A stretch of 48,311 nucleotides of DNA, the filler included, from Globobulimina sp. (Eukaryota): assembly GCA_003354225.1 (NCBI GenBank). It is 44 parts of 44 records of this genome, joined end to end, with 100 filler letters (N's around TTAATTAATTAA, not from the genome) between each part and the next. Parts side by side here need not be neighbours in the genome. Positions count along the whole stretch, not along the records: positions 23,112 to 24,111 come from PIVH01026195.1; positions 24,212 to 25,211 come from PIVH01026196.1; positions 25,312 to 26,311 come from PIVH01026197.1; positions 26,412 to 27,411 come from PIVH01026198.1; positions 27,512 to 28,511 come from PIVH01026199.1; positions 28,612 to 29,611 come from PIVH01026200.1; positions 29,712 to 30,711 come from PIVH01026201.1; positions 30,812 to 31,811 come from PIVH01026202.1; 36 more parts are not named here. One strand, 5' to 3'. The translations under genes were made by a program, and so were the position numbers. The notes beneath the pieces are model-generated. The model was given only the letters and a program-made list of their open reading frames with translations. It did not search any database and was not told the DNA's origin. Shown here piece after piece: positions 23,362 to 35,292 of the stretch. The number at the start of each line of letters is the position of its first letter. Position 1 is the stretch's first letter.

Positions 23362-23570
23362 TTATTTACCATAAACAAAATGATCGATGAAGGTATTGAA
23401 CCGTTTGCGTTGATTCTCTATCGAGAATTCTGTAACAGCCATCCTATGTCCTGCTTCTCCATGAGACACTCTTAGTTCTTTATTCGATATATACTTATCC
23501 AAAATATGTTCTAAAGTAACTCCTTCATCCACTGATACAACTCCTGATTGGTGAATTTGTCTTTTAGGAA
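23362..23570 (-). CDS. Bacterial GT4 glycosyltransferase C-terminus (5' end lost at a probable chimeric junction)
   Basis: NKELRVSHGEAGHRMAVTEFSIEN is the typical GT-B C-terminal helix; operon-like spacing to the next GT. Confidence 0.65.
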
Positions 23571-23596
23571 AAGCTCTACATCTTTGGAAGTTACAC

Positions 23597-24010
23597 TTGT
23601 TTTTTCTGCCCAAAATCCAAAATAAAAACACATTCCACACACATTACACATTTACACTGCGTAGCTTTGCCAAAGAAGAGAAATTTGTGAGTGTAAAATA
23701 CAAAGAGGCGCGAATGGCATTTGATAGAATTAACCGTATGCACATCAAGCAAAATAATGAAAACATGGAAGGGCAAACACCGGCAAATACTGATCCAGGC
23801 AGTGCCAGCACCGGCGGTCGGGGAAAAACATCAGTTGACAGTGCTAATATATTGGTGTTGAAAGTGACCAAATATACATCTTTCGAGGAGCTACAGCTGA
23901 TAAAGGCGAAATTTTTACAGTTATTGCAAGCATTTAGGCAGTCCATATTGCACGACCCTGCAAACTCGTTGCAACTCTTTAATTTTATAAACGAAGACAC
24001 CAAATATAAG
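23597..24010 (+). CDS. Eukaryotic hypothetical protein exon (PX-like possible)
   Basis: Open frame ending at donor aag|gtattt (24010/11), followed by AT-rich intron-like DNA. Confidence 0.4.
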
Positions 24011-24211
24011 GTATTTTTATTTTATTTTTTTCAGTTTCAAACTGAAAAGGCATTGATTTAAAATTGAAAATAAGTAAATTTTTCAGTTGTTAATGTGGTT
24101 AATTCAGTTTCNNNNNNNNNNNNNNNNNNNNNNNNNNNNNNNNNNNNNNNNNNNNTTAATTAATTAANNNNNNNNNNNNNNNNNNNNNNNNNNNNNNNNN
24201 NNNNNNNNNNN

Positions 24212-24554
24212 AGATATTAATGAAACATATTTGGATATTATGGATAATTCAGGAGATAATAATGATACTGATTTGGTGGAAATTATTAATGCAACAGATA
24301 TGGGAATGATTAGTATGAGTGATGACGATGGAGTTGCTGTGGATAATACGAATTTGGGAATTATGGATAACTTATATGATGTTAATGTGGTTGAAACTGA
24401 TGGTGTATATATTGATGAGTTTATTATTGATGATTGTACAGAAAAACAAACAATTGGAAATGAGGCAGGTAGTATGCCTCAACATGATGAGAATAATTGT
24501 GTTGAAGGGGTTGATTATGATATTAATAACTATACAGACACAGAATATATTTAA
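24212..24554 (+). CDS. D/N-rich low-complexity protein C-terminus
   Basis: Acidic 107-aa ORF with codon bias, followed by a T-rich UTR. Confidence 0.45.
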
Positions 24555-25311
24555 TTATAGCGTTTCTGTGCTGTTTTCCCTAAAAAAGTTGGACTGTCCA
24601 CAAGAATCAGAAATGTTACCATGAATGCAAATAAAAATTGGTCTAAAGGCAAGGTAATTGTAAGATAATATTTAATGTATAGTTTTATACTTGCTATTCC
24701 CTAAATTTGATACATCTACTATAGTTCTACAGAAATAGGACTTAAAAAAAAACTATTTAAGACTCTGCCCGATTGATGGGATCATATCTCAAGATCTATA
24801 CAAGCGCAGAATATGCAAAATAGCTCAAAATAAACTGTTTGATAAACCCTACAATATGAGCTATATCGCAATATTAAAAAAGTTAATACTCGCGGAGAAC
24901 CGGCTCAATACATTATGTAATGGCAATTCTTGCCGCGTATGGTCCCATGCATGCCATGCAAATACATATAAAGACGAGAAATACTGAGCGTATTGCGGTG
25001 GCTTTTCAACGTAATAATTGCTTCGCAGTAATGTCTCTATATACTGCGTAAAGTCAAGGTACGATGAAAAATCAATGCTGTTATACATTATATGACTCCA
25101 ATTATTAGCTTGAAAAAGATTAAACTGTGAATAATGGATTTGAGTAAATCCCACCACAAACAATGTTCCATTCCAATATGCAATTGGCGGCGCAAAAAGA
25201 GCCACATCCAANNNNNNNNNNNNNNNNNNNNNNNNNNNNNNNNNNNNNNNNNNNNTTAATTAATTAANNNNNNNNNNNNNNNNNNNNNNNNNNNNNNNNN
25301 NNNNNNNNNNN

Positions 25312-26243
25312 ATATAAGAAATATTTAAAGCTGATTCATTATTTCCATCATACATTTTTAGTATTTTTAATATTAAAATAAATGATTCATTCAAATTATT
25401 TTCAGTTTGTTTGCAATGGTTATCTTTTTCATCATTAATCTCAATTTTATCATCAATATCTGCAGTCATTTTGTGATTTATTATAAAATCAAAATGAGCA
25501 AACCATTCGTGTCTTTGATTATTTTTTTTAAAATTTAATAAAATATCTGTTTCATTCTTGCTTCCTTTTAAAATTAATTTATGTGTAAATAAGGACATAC
25601 TTTTTTTGTTAGTTAATATAATTTCTTTGTAATTGGATAAATCAATTTTCTTAAACAATATTCTGTTTTTGTATTTATTATCATATTTTTTATAAAAATA
25701 TAAATTATTTGACAATGTGGTTAAAACCATAATTAATAAATGTTTGTTGTTTAATAACACGTCACCAAAATATAACAAATTTGAATCATTGTAATCTGTC
25801 AAAATATCATCAGGATTGTAAATGCGTGCATGATTGCAAATTATTTCCGTAATCTTATTATACCAATAATTACGATCAGATTTTGATCTGAATCCAAAGG
25901 TTAAACCACTCTCTAAATCTTGATTTTGTCTCAACAATGTAAGGCAAAGCGGATGTTGCGGATCTTTTTGAATTTTACGATATGAGAATATGTTTACTGC
26001 ATCATATGGTGTACCCTCTAATTCTCCTAATTTATCGAAATATAACTCAACAGTGGCATCATTACTATTTAATACTGTCCATAGTTCAGTTTCGTCAGTG
26101 TACACAAAACAATGATAATTTTCTTGTCTGGCAGCCTTTGCTTTTCCTCTAATATTTCCTTTTCCTTTTCCTTGTTTTTTGTTTTTTCTCCTTCCATTTG
26201 CCCATCGTCTTCCGTTGCCTGTTTTTTTCTTTTTTCGAGGCAT
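25312..26243 (-). CDS. Protein with basic N-terminus and two PH-like domains, partial
   Basis: FGFRSKSDRNYWYNKI and LNFKKNNQRHEWFAHF are PH C-terminal Trp helices. Confidence 0.6.
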
Positions 26244-26411
26244 ACTATTACAAGGTTTAATATGTTAGATTCTAGGAGAAGTAAATTGATTGTTGACGTT
26301 CTAGGAGAAGTNNNNNNNNNNNNNNNNNNNNNNNNNNNNNNNNNNNNNNNNNNNNTTAATTAATTAANNNNNNNNNNNNNNNNNNNNNNNNNNNNNNNNN
26401 NNNNNNNNNNN

Positions 26412-26770
26412 TGTACCATCAGCAACGGCAACAGCATGGCAATATGAATGGTAATATGAATGGGATGAATGCGATGCAACAGCAACAGCAACAACATACG
26501 CACCAACAACAACAGTTTTTGAGTATGAATAATAATAAGAATCGGATAAGCAATGTGCCGCAATTAAGGAAACCGATTTTTTTATCAGCAAATGCAGGGC
26601 CGAGCCGTGGTGGTATGATGAGGGGGAATCCGTTTACTTTGCAGGAGAGCAAAATTGGTGTTATGGATGGCAGTGTAAATAGTAATGTACGAAAAAGGAG
26701 AGTTATAAATGATTCGCAATCTGTTTGTACTGATTTCTCAGAACCTGCTGCAAAGAAACCGAAACGATGA
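26412..26770 (+). CDS. Q/N-rich protein C-terminus with NLS-like end
   Basis: PolyQ/N tracts, ending EPAAKKPKR. Confidence 0.55.
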
Positions 26771-27511
26771 TTTTTTTTGTTATATCATGTGTTTAACTAT
26801 TTTTTAGCATTTTTTTTGTCAATTTTGTTTAAATTTTCTTTGGTTTTTGTGTTGTGTTTTGTTTTACAATAAGTTATTATTTTACGTAAAACAATGTATC
26901 CTTGCACTATTTGTTTTTGTTTCCAAACAGAAACACGATGAAATTAAACATAAATATCTTTTAAAAAAGATAGAGGCGACAAGAAAACATGGATTGTGTT
27001 AATGAGACATTTTCAGCAAATTCTGAACAGCCAAACGAGATAAATTATAAGCGAGATGACAGACAATCCACACATGAGAATAAACAAAATAAACAAGACC
27101 ATATCGATTGTGTTGACTCAAAAGCAATTGGTGATGAAACAACAAATGAGATAAATAGAAATCTATTCAAACAAACTGAAATGACTTGTAATCATACAAC
27201 AACTGACAATAATAATATTATCGATAACTGTCAACATTTACAGCGATTAGACCCAATCCAAATAAGACTGGCATTTTTTTGATTTATTTGAGAATTATAT
27301 ATTGAATGGATTTGAATAGGAATGAATGGATATGATTAGGAATGACTTGTAATGAATGATAATGAATGCCATTCATACCCATTGCGCGTTGGTTAGAATT
27401 TATGGGATGCTNNNNNNNNNNNNNNNNNNNNNNNNNNNNNNNNNNNNNNNNNNNNTTAATTAATTAANNNNNNNNNNNNNNNNNNNNNNNNNNNNNNNNN
27501 NNNNNNNNNNN

Positions 27512-28511
27512 ATAATCGAAGCAATGCACCAAGAAATCCTCCAAAATCAGCGACAAGCGGCTGTAGCTGCAATGACTGGCATCCATTTCCGAGAAGAGAT
27601 ACCAATACAAATAGTGTCCGATGCGGGTCACACTGCGCAGAGCGCGCCGGACCAAGAAATAAGAGACAAAGGAGAAATTATGCGGTTCCAGCTTTAGTAT
27701 TTGCACCAACTGCAACAAGATGTGCTTGATTTTCATGTCGGACAATTGGTTGAGGCCTTTGGTCACCACATAATGTTTGATGCGATTGTCCGGGAAATAG
27801 CGCCAACTGCACAGCAATTCCACCAAATCTGTCCTGTTGCTCGACGCCGACAACTTCCATTTGTACAGATATTTGTAAGCTTCGCTGCGAAAGTACGGGT
27901 TCCTCCAATCGATGCAACTTAACATACGCACAATGTCGATTTAATAAAACAGCTAACAAAACAAAACAAAAATACCTTAAAAACACTGGCAGAGCGCGCG
28001 GCTTTGTCTTACTTAATTTCTCGCGCGATATCCATATAAAATATTTGTCCTCGCCACTCAACGGCGTCAATGGGTCCCTGCGTACAATCAGATCCATTTT
28101 CTTGTAATCCGACGTAGAAAATTGCTGCTTGGCCTTTCCAACCACTTTCTGCCTCTCTCGCTCGCATTCAATCATCGGGTTAAACAAAGGCGCGATGGCT
28201 TTGCATGGCAAATAATTTGGGTTGTTCTCCGGATTCGGCCCGATTGTGATGGTGATCTGGCATTGATTGCTATTGCTCGGCGGCAACGAACAAGGTTTCA
28301 GAAACCGCCACAATAAATTAGCAGCATAGGGATCGCTCGGCGAATGTTTAGATTCTTTCCAGAGCGGAATATCCCACATATTCAACGTCAACGTACCTTG
28401 TCTGTAGCTATGAAAGTCGTCAATCAAAGGGATACGTAAATAGCCCAAAGCTTGGCAGCCGTTGAATGCGTTATAAAACACTCCCTTTGCACCATAGATA
28501 GCCTCCTTATG
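27512..28511 (-). CDS. Phosphoinositide 3-kinase (class I-like), C2 and helical domains, partial, one intron
   Basis: LGYLRIPLIDD...QGTLTLNMW, RRDPLTPLS..DK.FIWISR, ALPVFL|intron 27918-27975|CIDW, LLQLVQILKLEP, RRALRS..IGHYLYWYL.SEM. Confidence 0.9.
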
Positions 28512-28834
28512 NNNNNNNNNNNNNNNNNNNNNNNNNNNNNNNNNNNNNNNNNNNNTTAATTAATTAANNNNNNNNNNNNNNNNNNNNNNNNNNNNNNNNN
28601 NNNNNNNNNNNCATTAGCATATTCTTCAATTGTAAAAGTTTCATGTTGAATAAAACGTTTTCTATTATATTGGAAAGAAATAATTACCTTCGTGCTTCTT
28701 TTGATACTCTTCTCTTTCGATTAAAGCTTTGCGTCTTGCACTGTTCGGGAGAACAACATTGAGGACTAACACCCACAGCAATGGCTGCATGATCATTAAC
28801 ATAAACAACAAGGGTAAAAAAAATTACTTCATTG

Positions 28835-29332
28835 TCAGTCATTGAAATTTGGACGAGACTTTGTTTTGTGTGAAGGGAGGAAAACAAGTTTTATTTTGCT
28901 TTGTCTATTCCATGACAGGCCTTTCTGAGTCTTTTTCGGTAGAAAAGTTCCATACAATATATCTGGAACAGTTGCACCTATAACTTGTCCATCTGAATTA
29001 GTTTGAAACTCAACAGTGACTCCATCCGCCGCAGTTAATGTTTGACTCCAACATGAAATTGTATCGTCATTCAATGCATTGTATATAAACGTATTATTTT
29101 CCAAATAATTCAACACTCCATACACCATTTCAATGGACGGATGCAACATTATGTTCCCAGTCTGAGCATCTATAAAAACATGAAAAAATGGCACCTCACT
29201 CAACATATAATATCCAACATAATCCGTTGAATTCATACTAATCGGCAAATTCGATTGAAATTGAGTCTGCATAGAGTTCAGCCAAGCTTTGAAAGCAGGG
29301 ATTAAGATTTCCAATGTACATTGTATCCCCAT
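28835..29332 (-). CDS. Hypothetical protein, possibly the C-terminal domain of the same hydrolase
   Basis: 165-aa ORF overlapping the previous one in another frame; DYVGYY resembles post-catalytic domains. Confidence 0.4.
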   Translation of the reverse strand: MGIQCTLEILIPAFKAWLNSMQTQFQSNLPISMNSTDYVGYYMLSEVPFFHVFIDAQTGNIMLHPSIEMVYGVLNYLENNTFIYNALNDDTISCWSQTLTAADGVTVEFQTNSDGQVIGATVPDILYGTFLPKKTQKGLSWNRQSKIKLVFLPSHKTKSRPNFND

Positions 29333-29611
29333 GGATTGTGAATGGAGAAATTGTTGTTGTATTTATGGATGGTGTCAGTCATTGATAACTTGTTGTTGTC
29401 ACGGAATATGTAGGCAAGTAAGACAGTGAATACTTTGGAGATCGAACCAATGCGATATATTGAATTGGAGGTTGGTGAATTATCTGAGACTGAATTGCAT
29501 ACCGCGACATAAAAACTAGAATTTGTATTTGGTATTGCCATTGTGGAAAGGGAATGTTTTTTGTAACTTAAGAAACCACACAGATTCAGCACTGTTTTTG
29601 GATGGAAACAG
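29325..29611 (-). CDS. Beta-lactamase-fold serine hydrolase N-terminal fragment
   Basis: PTSNSIYRIGSISKVFT (SxxK), LSMTDTIHKY. Confidence 0.75.
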
Positions 29612-29711
29612 NNNNNNNNNNNNNNNNNNNNNNNNNNNNNNNNNNNNNNNNNNNNTTAATTAATTAANNNNNNNNNNNNNNNNNNNNNNNNNNNNNNNNN
29701 NNNNNNNNNNN

Positions 29712-29852
29712 ATGCCAACAGGTTCGTCTTTAAATATAATGATGGAAAAAATGCCGGATAGGGCATTTGATGTTGGTATTGCAGAGCAACATGCAGTTAC
29801 GTTTTCAACAGGATTAGCTGCTGATGGAATGATGCCATTTTGCAATATATAC
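29712..29852 (+). CDS. dxs: 1-deoxy-D-xylulose-5-phosphate synthase internal fragment (bacterial)
   Basis: Manual translation, absent from the ORF track: [47 protein letters not shown]; similarity ends abruptly. Confidence 0.9.
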
Positions 29853-30574
29853 CTTCTGTGATATATTGTAACGAGACACTGCAACATTCAGCTTTTAACT
29901 TTCATGATACGTTTTGTTTGGATGCTACGCTGATTAAGATCAAAGAAAGCAATGTCAGACAGCAAAATGGATTGCATTTGAATGAGTCTACAATGGACGC
30001 AATTTATGAAAGTCAGTTTAGTGCGCATGACATCTGTGAGTGCAGCACAGAGTTTTTGCAGCTTGAGCTGATGAACCATGTCAACATTTACTTCATTTTT
30101 GCAAACAGTCAAAAGGGAAAGTCATTATATAATCAAACATTGAGATTTAAAAAGGAATATAAGTTGGATTTAGATTTGAGATCATTTGATTTGATATTAT
30201 TTAATGTTGGAAACGGACCGCCATTGGATTTGATGGATACATTGGATTATGATTTAAGAGCAATGAATCATTTGAATAAACCTGTCATATTTCATAGAGC
30301 GTGGTATGAAACTTATTGTAGATATTTAATCGAGCAGTCACCTCAATGGCTTGTAGACATAGAAAAAGTGAATGATTTAAGAAAGCGTTTTCCATATTTG
30401 ATATATATCAGTACCTATCGCAGATATGTGCGGACAAAAAAAGTGGATCTTCAAATGTATTATAATTTAAAGGAATCGACCATTTATGGACATTTTTGCA
30501 ATCCTGGAATACCTGAACATTTCGCAATGAGTCTCTTGCATCTGATTGACGTATTGACCACTATTGTTAGTTGA
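29853..30574 (+). CDS. SGNH/PC-esterase-like hypothetical protein C-terminal part
   Basis: [15 protein letters not shown] and terminal [10 protein letters not shown] resembling the HxCxPG motif. Confidence 0.5.
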
Positions 30575-31145
30575 AACTTTTTTTCTCGGATTTATCATGT
30601 TTCTAGCTAGCAAACCATGGCAATAACTATAGAACGTTCAAGCATATACCTGTCATAAACATGAGTGTCTGACATTTTTTCCTAATTTAATGAAATGTAC
30701 AATCGGATAGTNNNNNNNNNNNNNNNNNNNNNNNNNNNNNNNNNNNNNNNNNNNNTTAATTAATTAANNNNNNNNNNNNNNNNNNNNNNNNNNNNNNNNN
30801 NNNNNNNNNNNAAACCCAAACCCATAGCAAACATCAACATTTTCTTTTTTTTCGTCATCTTCATCTTCGTTTTGATGTTGATTATAATTTGCGATTTGTG
30901 TGACAAACTTATTATTTTTAGAGAAACACCAATGATCTGGCATCAAAGTACTGTAAATAGATTGCGAATACAACCCGAAATAAATAAATCACTCTTGTTA
31001 CAAGACACAAGATGATAAAACACACATAAAGGCATACGAATAAGGCATAAAAATGTCTTTAAAAAGAACAAAAAGAAAAAGTTATTGATAGGATTAAATA
31101 AAAAATCGTATTGCTTATGTTCGGTTGTTCACAATGCATTGCTCC

Positions 31146-31660
31146 TCAAATGTTATCTTGGTTGTAAATGGAATAATGATGTAATAGCGATACCGCATTT
31201 GCTTTCTGTAATTTTGCTGAGATAAATTGAAACGAATACCCAATAGATTCTGACTCCTCGATATTCAGATTTGCTGCTCTCAATGTGCCAATTCTCTTTA
31301 AAAACTGAACAAATTTGCGATGATAGCCTCCAAAATCCTCCATAATTAATGGTTGGTAAATGAGTCCATCAACGGCATTGTTCCTAATGTAATTCTGATA
31401 TTTATTAATTTTGTGTTGATAAAAGTTGTTTGCCGCCGACAATTTCTTGCTGGCCGCCGCCTGAACCCTCGAATCACACACAACTGAGCATACCCCAACA
31501 TCCAGAGCGACTGACTCGGATTTTGGTCCCCAATTATTAATGTAAATATCGGCCGGCTTCATGTTGTTTGCATCAAATAAATGACGCCGTTCGATAGAAT
31601 GTTCGATGTCCGCGGACTTTAATAATGTCGATATACCATATACGATCTCATCTGAGTGTA
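31146..31660 (-). mobile_element. Non-LTR retrotransposon restriction-like endonuclease domain (CRE/R2-like), 3' end
   Basis: DEIV...SIERRHL...KPADIY...VALDVGV...HKINKY...YQPLIMEDFGG fits the RLE PD-(D/E)xK pattern. Confidence 0.78.
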
Positions 31661-33011
31661 CTAAATTTATTATTTATTGCTTCATCACTTAATGATTTAT
31701 ATTCACTCTTAAAGCCATATCCAAACCATTCTAATACACAAATGCCAAAATTGAGTGCATTTACGCTTGAATTATCAATAAATGTTTCATTTAGTAAATA
31801 AAATACTGCTTNNNNNNNNNNNNNNNNNNNNNNNNNNNNNNNNNNNNNNNNNNNNTTAATTAATTAANNNNNNNNNNNNNNNNNNNNNNNNNNNNNNNNN
31901 NNNNNNNNNNNAAAAGCTTTTCTCTGAAACCCGGACCCTCTTTTGTATCCATACAAAATCTCACAGGGATGTTTGAGCAATCTGTGAGCCTGGAATCAGA
32001 CCTCAGGCCTGATTGAATTTTACCCCACTACTAGTGCTAAAATAGCTTTCAACGCTGCTAATTTGGCAATGGCTACACATCTTCCACCTCCACTTCCACA
32101 GTCACCACCCAAAAGACGACGGCTATCATTTTTTGAAAAGCAAAACGTATAATAATAATAATATAACCATAACAGTAATAATAATAATATTAATAACAAT
32201 GGAAAAAAGCAAAAAGCGTTTTTGAACAGCAAAAAAAATCAGTACTTATCGGAGAGGCCAACTGGTTTACATAAAAGAAAAGTTACAAAAATAAAAATAA
32301 AAATAAAAAGGAAAAGGAAAAAGACAGAGTTGATGATGATTATAATGACGGAGCATTGTTCGGAGAGGAAGCGTTTGATGAACATAGGGATAAATTAATA
32401 AAATGGTTCAAACATAATAAGTAACCAAAGAAATCACATCAAGTATTACTGTACTAAATATATATAAGAGTTTCTCAAAAGAATGCAAATTGGCAAAATG
32501 TTTATGTCTCAGTTATGGAATCAACACAAACTAAAATACAGCAAAAATATAAATATAAATTACAGCTTTGATTGGGTGTTTATCTAAACGATATATTCCA
32601 AAAGATAATATGAATTTTGAAGCTTCAAGCACAATATGAATTTTGATTGCTGTTAACAGGATTTTTGAAAAAAATATATATTCTACGACTTATACGCAAT
32701 TTGATGACTTTCTGGTCTAGAGACGGGGTAATCACATGTGTAATTGAACCAAATGTATACAAAGGGGGGGGGGATGGTATCTTTTGGAATATCGTCAAGT
32801 TCGACTTTTACATTTGCTGGCACAGAATCTAGAAACGGTAGGAATAAGGAATCGAGAATTAATATAATTTTGTATTTTTTTTTCAATGAACTAACCCTAT
32901 AGTGCCGCAACNNNNNNNNNNNNNNNNNNNNNNNNNNNNNNNNNNNNNNNNNNNNTTAATTAATTAANNNNNNNNNNNNNNNNNNNNNNNNNNNNNNNNN
33001 NNNNNNNNNNN

Positions 33012-33663
33012 TGTTCTTTGATCCATTTTTTTGCTTCGCCCATAGAGGTTGCCGGAGATATGGGATATATGAATGACACCTCACTGTTGGCATAAGCTAC
33101 ATATGCCGCACCTGTATACAGTGACACACATTGTTTCTAATATTGTATCCTTGCACGTGCATTATGCGAATTTGCGTGTATTTATAACTTGTATTTCCAT
33201 CCATAGGCACCATGTCTTTCTGGTTAATGGTGCCCGTTTTAGTGGATATCATGGTGTCTAGATAGGTGCCGTTGCCATATTTTTGCGGAGCACAGTCAGC
33301 CAGAGTTCGAGTGGGTGGTTGGATTTCATATTTGGATATATTTGGTGGCGGATAGGAAGGTGCGTTTGCTGTGGCTGTGGCGGTGGCGGTGGCTGCGGCG
33401 GCAGAGGACTGGTGTTTGGATAAATAGGTTGTATTTATGAGTGGTGATGTATATGGTTGGAAAGCAGTGTTTGTGTGTGGATTGTTAGTGGCGTTGAGTG
33501 TACTCGCACTGGTTTTAATGGGATCGTTGTGTGAGTTATGTATGGGTCGCTGCGCGTATTTGGTTAAAAAGTTGTATATGCTAGTTTGTCGTGTACGTGA
33601 TACATTGTAATAATGATTGGTTTGTTTCGATAAACGATGAAGGTTGCGGTTTAATCGAAACAT
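33012..33663 (-). CDS. Pyruvate:ferredoxin oxidoreductase (PFO/PNO) N-terminus with mitochondrial-type presequence; exons 33663-33189 and 33111-33012
   Basis: Removing GT-AG intron 33112-33188 gives [33 protein letters not shown], the PFOR N-terminal signature; leader MFRLNRNLHRLSKQ is R/S/T-rich and acid-poor. Confidence 0.88.
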
Positions 33664-34111
33664 TTAGAATAAATTAGTTTGGTTTTTTTATTTACTTTTG
33701 CATCAGATAATGCTGACCTGAAAAAACGTTTTTTGTGGAATGTGTTTTCAAAAAATTGCATCAACTAAAAAAAAGAAAACATAATAAATTTAATTATTGT
33801 TTGGTAATTAAAACACAACAGAAAATATTAAAAAATGTTCATGCAAAAAACAAGACGTGTACCAAAATGCATGAAAAATAACAAAACAATCACAAAAACA
33901 ATTACAAATCAAACAAAAAAGACACAAACAAAGCAAAAAAACGAGAAGAAAACACAACAAACAAATATACATAATATTAATTATAATTTACAGAATAACT
34001 ATTTAGTTTTANNNNNNNNNNNNNNNNNNNNNNNNNNNNNNNNNNNNNNNNNNNNTTAATTAATTAANNNNNNNNNNNNNNNNNNNNNNNNNNNNNNNNN
34101 NNNNNNNNNNN

Positions 34112-35100
34112 AGATTACCACATTTAATCTCTATATTTCTCTTCTGACTCCCATCCCTCATAAACACCGTTAATGTTTTCGCATCCCTAATAAAATGAAA
34201 TGTATCTTTCTTAAATTCAATTGTTTGTCTGTTATTATTATATTTGAATATCACTCGTTTCTCTTTATAATTTGCTACAATTTTTGTGTCTTTATATTGG
34301 GTTTGATTTCCATTTATTGTTATCATTACAGTCCAGGTTTCATTTAAATACTCATTGTCATATTTACTTCCTCTGCCACCAGAATTCGGTTCAAATACAA
34401 CGTTATTAATTTCCATATCATATTCTGTCAAAATTAAAACTTGATCCGTTGATTTATCATTTTTCATATCTCGCTGTGCGTTTCTTAATATTTGTTGAAA
34501 GTTCATCAATTTTGGGCTGAATTTTGCTTTATGAAAATGTTTCATCATAAATTGTGAAACTTTGCCACCGCGAACTATCTCACCTTCTGTGTTTCCCATT
34601 ATTGTGACACTAAAAACGCCGCTCGGTGCACCTCTCCCCGGTTTTACCTCATCATCAAAGACACGGCAGGCGTCAATGCAATATATTCTCGGTATTGCCT
34701 CCAATTCTTCATCTCTCGAGAATTGCTTCCTAATCCTATTGTATTTAATTTGTGAATTATCCGAACATACTAAACTTGTGACGGTGCCATGGCCACTCAC
34801 TGTGATAAAAAGCGCATCGAATTGGGCAGAAAATGTATAATCGGTTTCATCACATATTATAATTTTAGCGTAACATTTACTCATAAATTTTTTTACATCG
34901 CTTGCCGTCATCCGTCCATTATATTCATCCAAACTGGACATTATTGTGTAATTATAGCCGTCGCCTAATACATCTTTGTATCTTTCAACGTCTTCTGTTA
35001 CGTCGGGGAGTGCTTCGCGAGTCTCATATTTACTGATTGCAATACAAACGACGGCTGCATTGTTACTCCTACACTGCGCTGCATCCTCTTTTTCGTCCAT
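34112..35100 (-). CDS. Caspase-like (peptidase C14) protein with C-terminal extension, partial
   Basis: AAVVCIAISKY, DALFITVSGHG (His), PRIYCIDACR (Cys). Confidence 0.82.
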
Positions 35101-35292
35101 CGCAGATTTCTNNNNNNNNNNNNNNNNNNNNNNNNNNNNNNNNNNNNNNNNNNNNTTAATTAATTAANNNNNNNNNNNNNNNNNNNNNNNNNNNNNNNNN
35201 NNNNNNNNNNNCGGAGCCCTGTCGAAGTTGCAGGGAAAGTATCTGCCCATGGCGGCGAGTTAATAGGTGACACAGTTGCATCTATTTCACGT

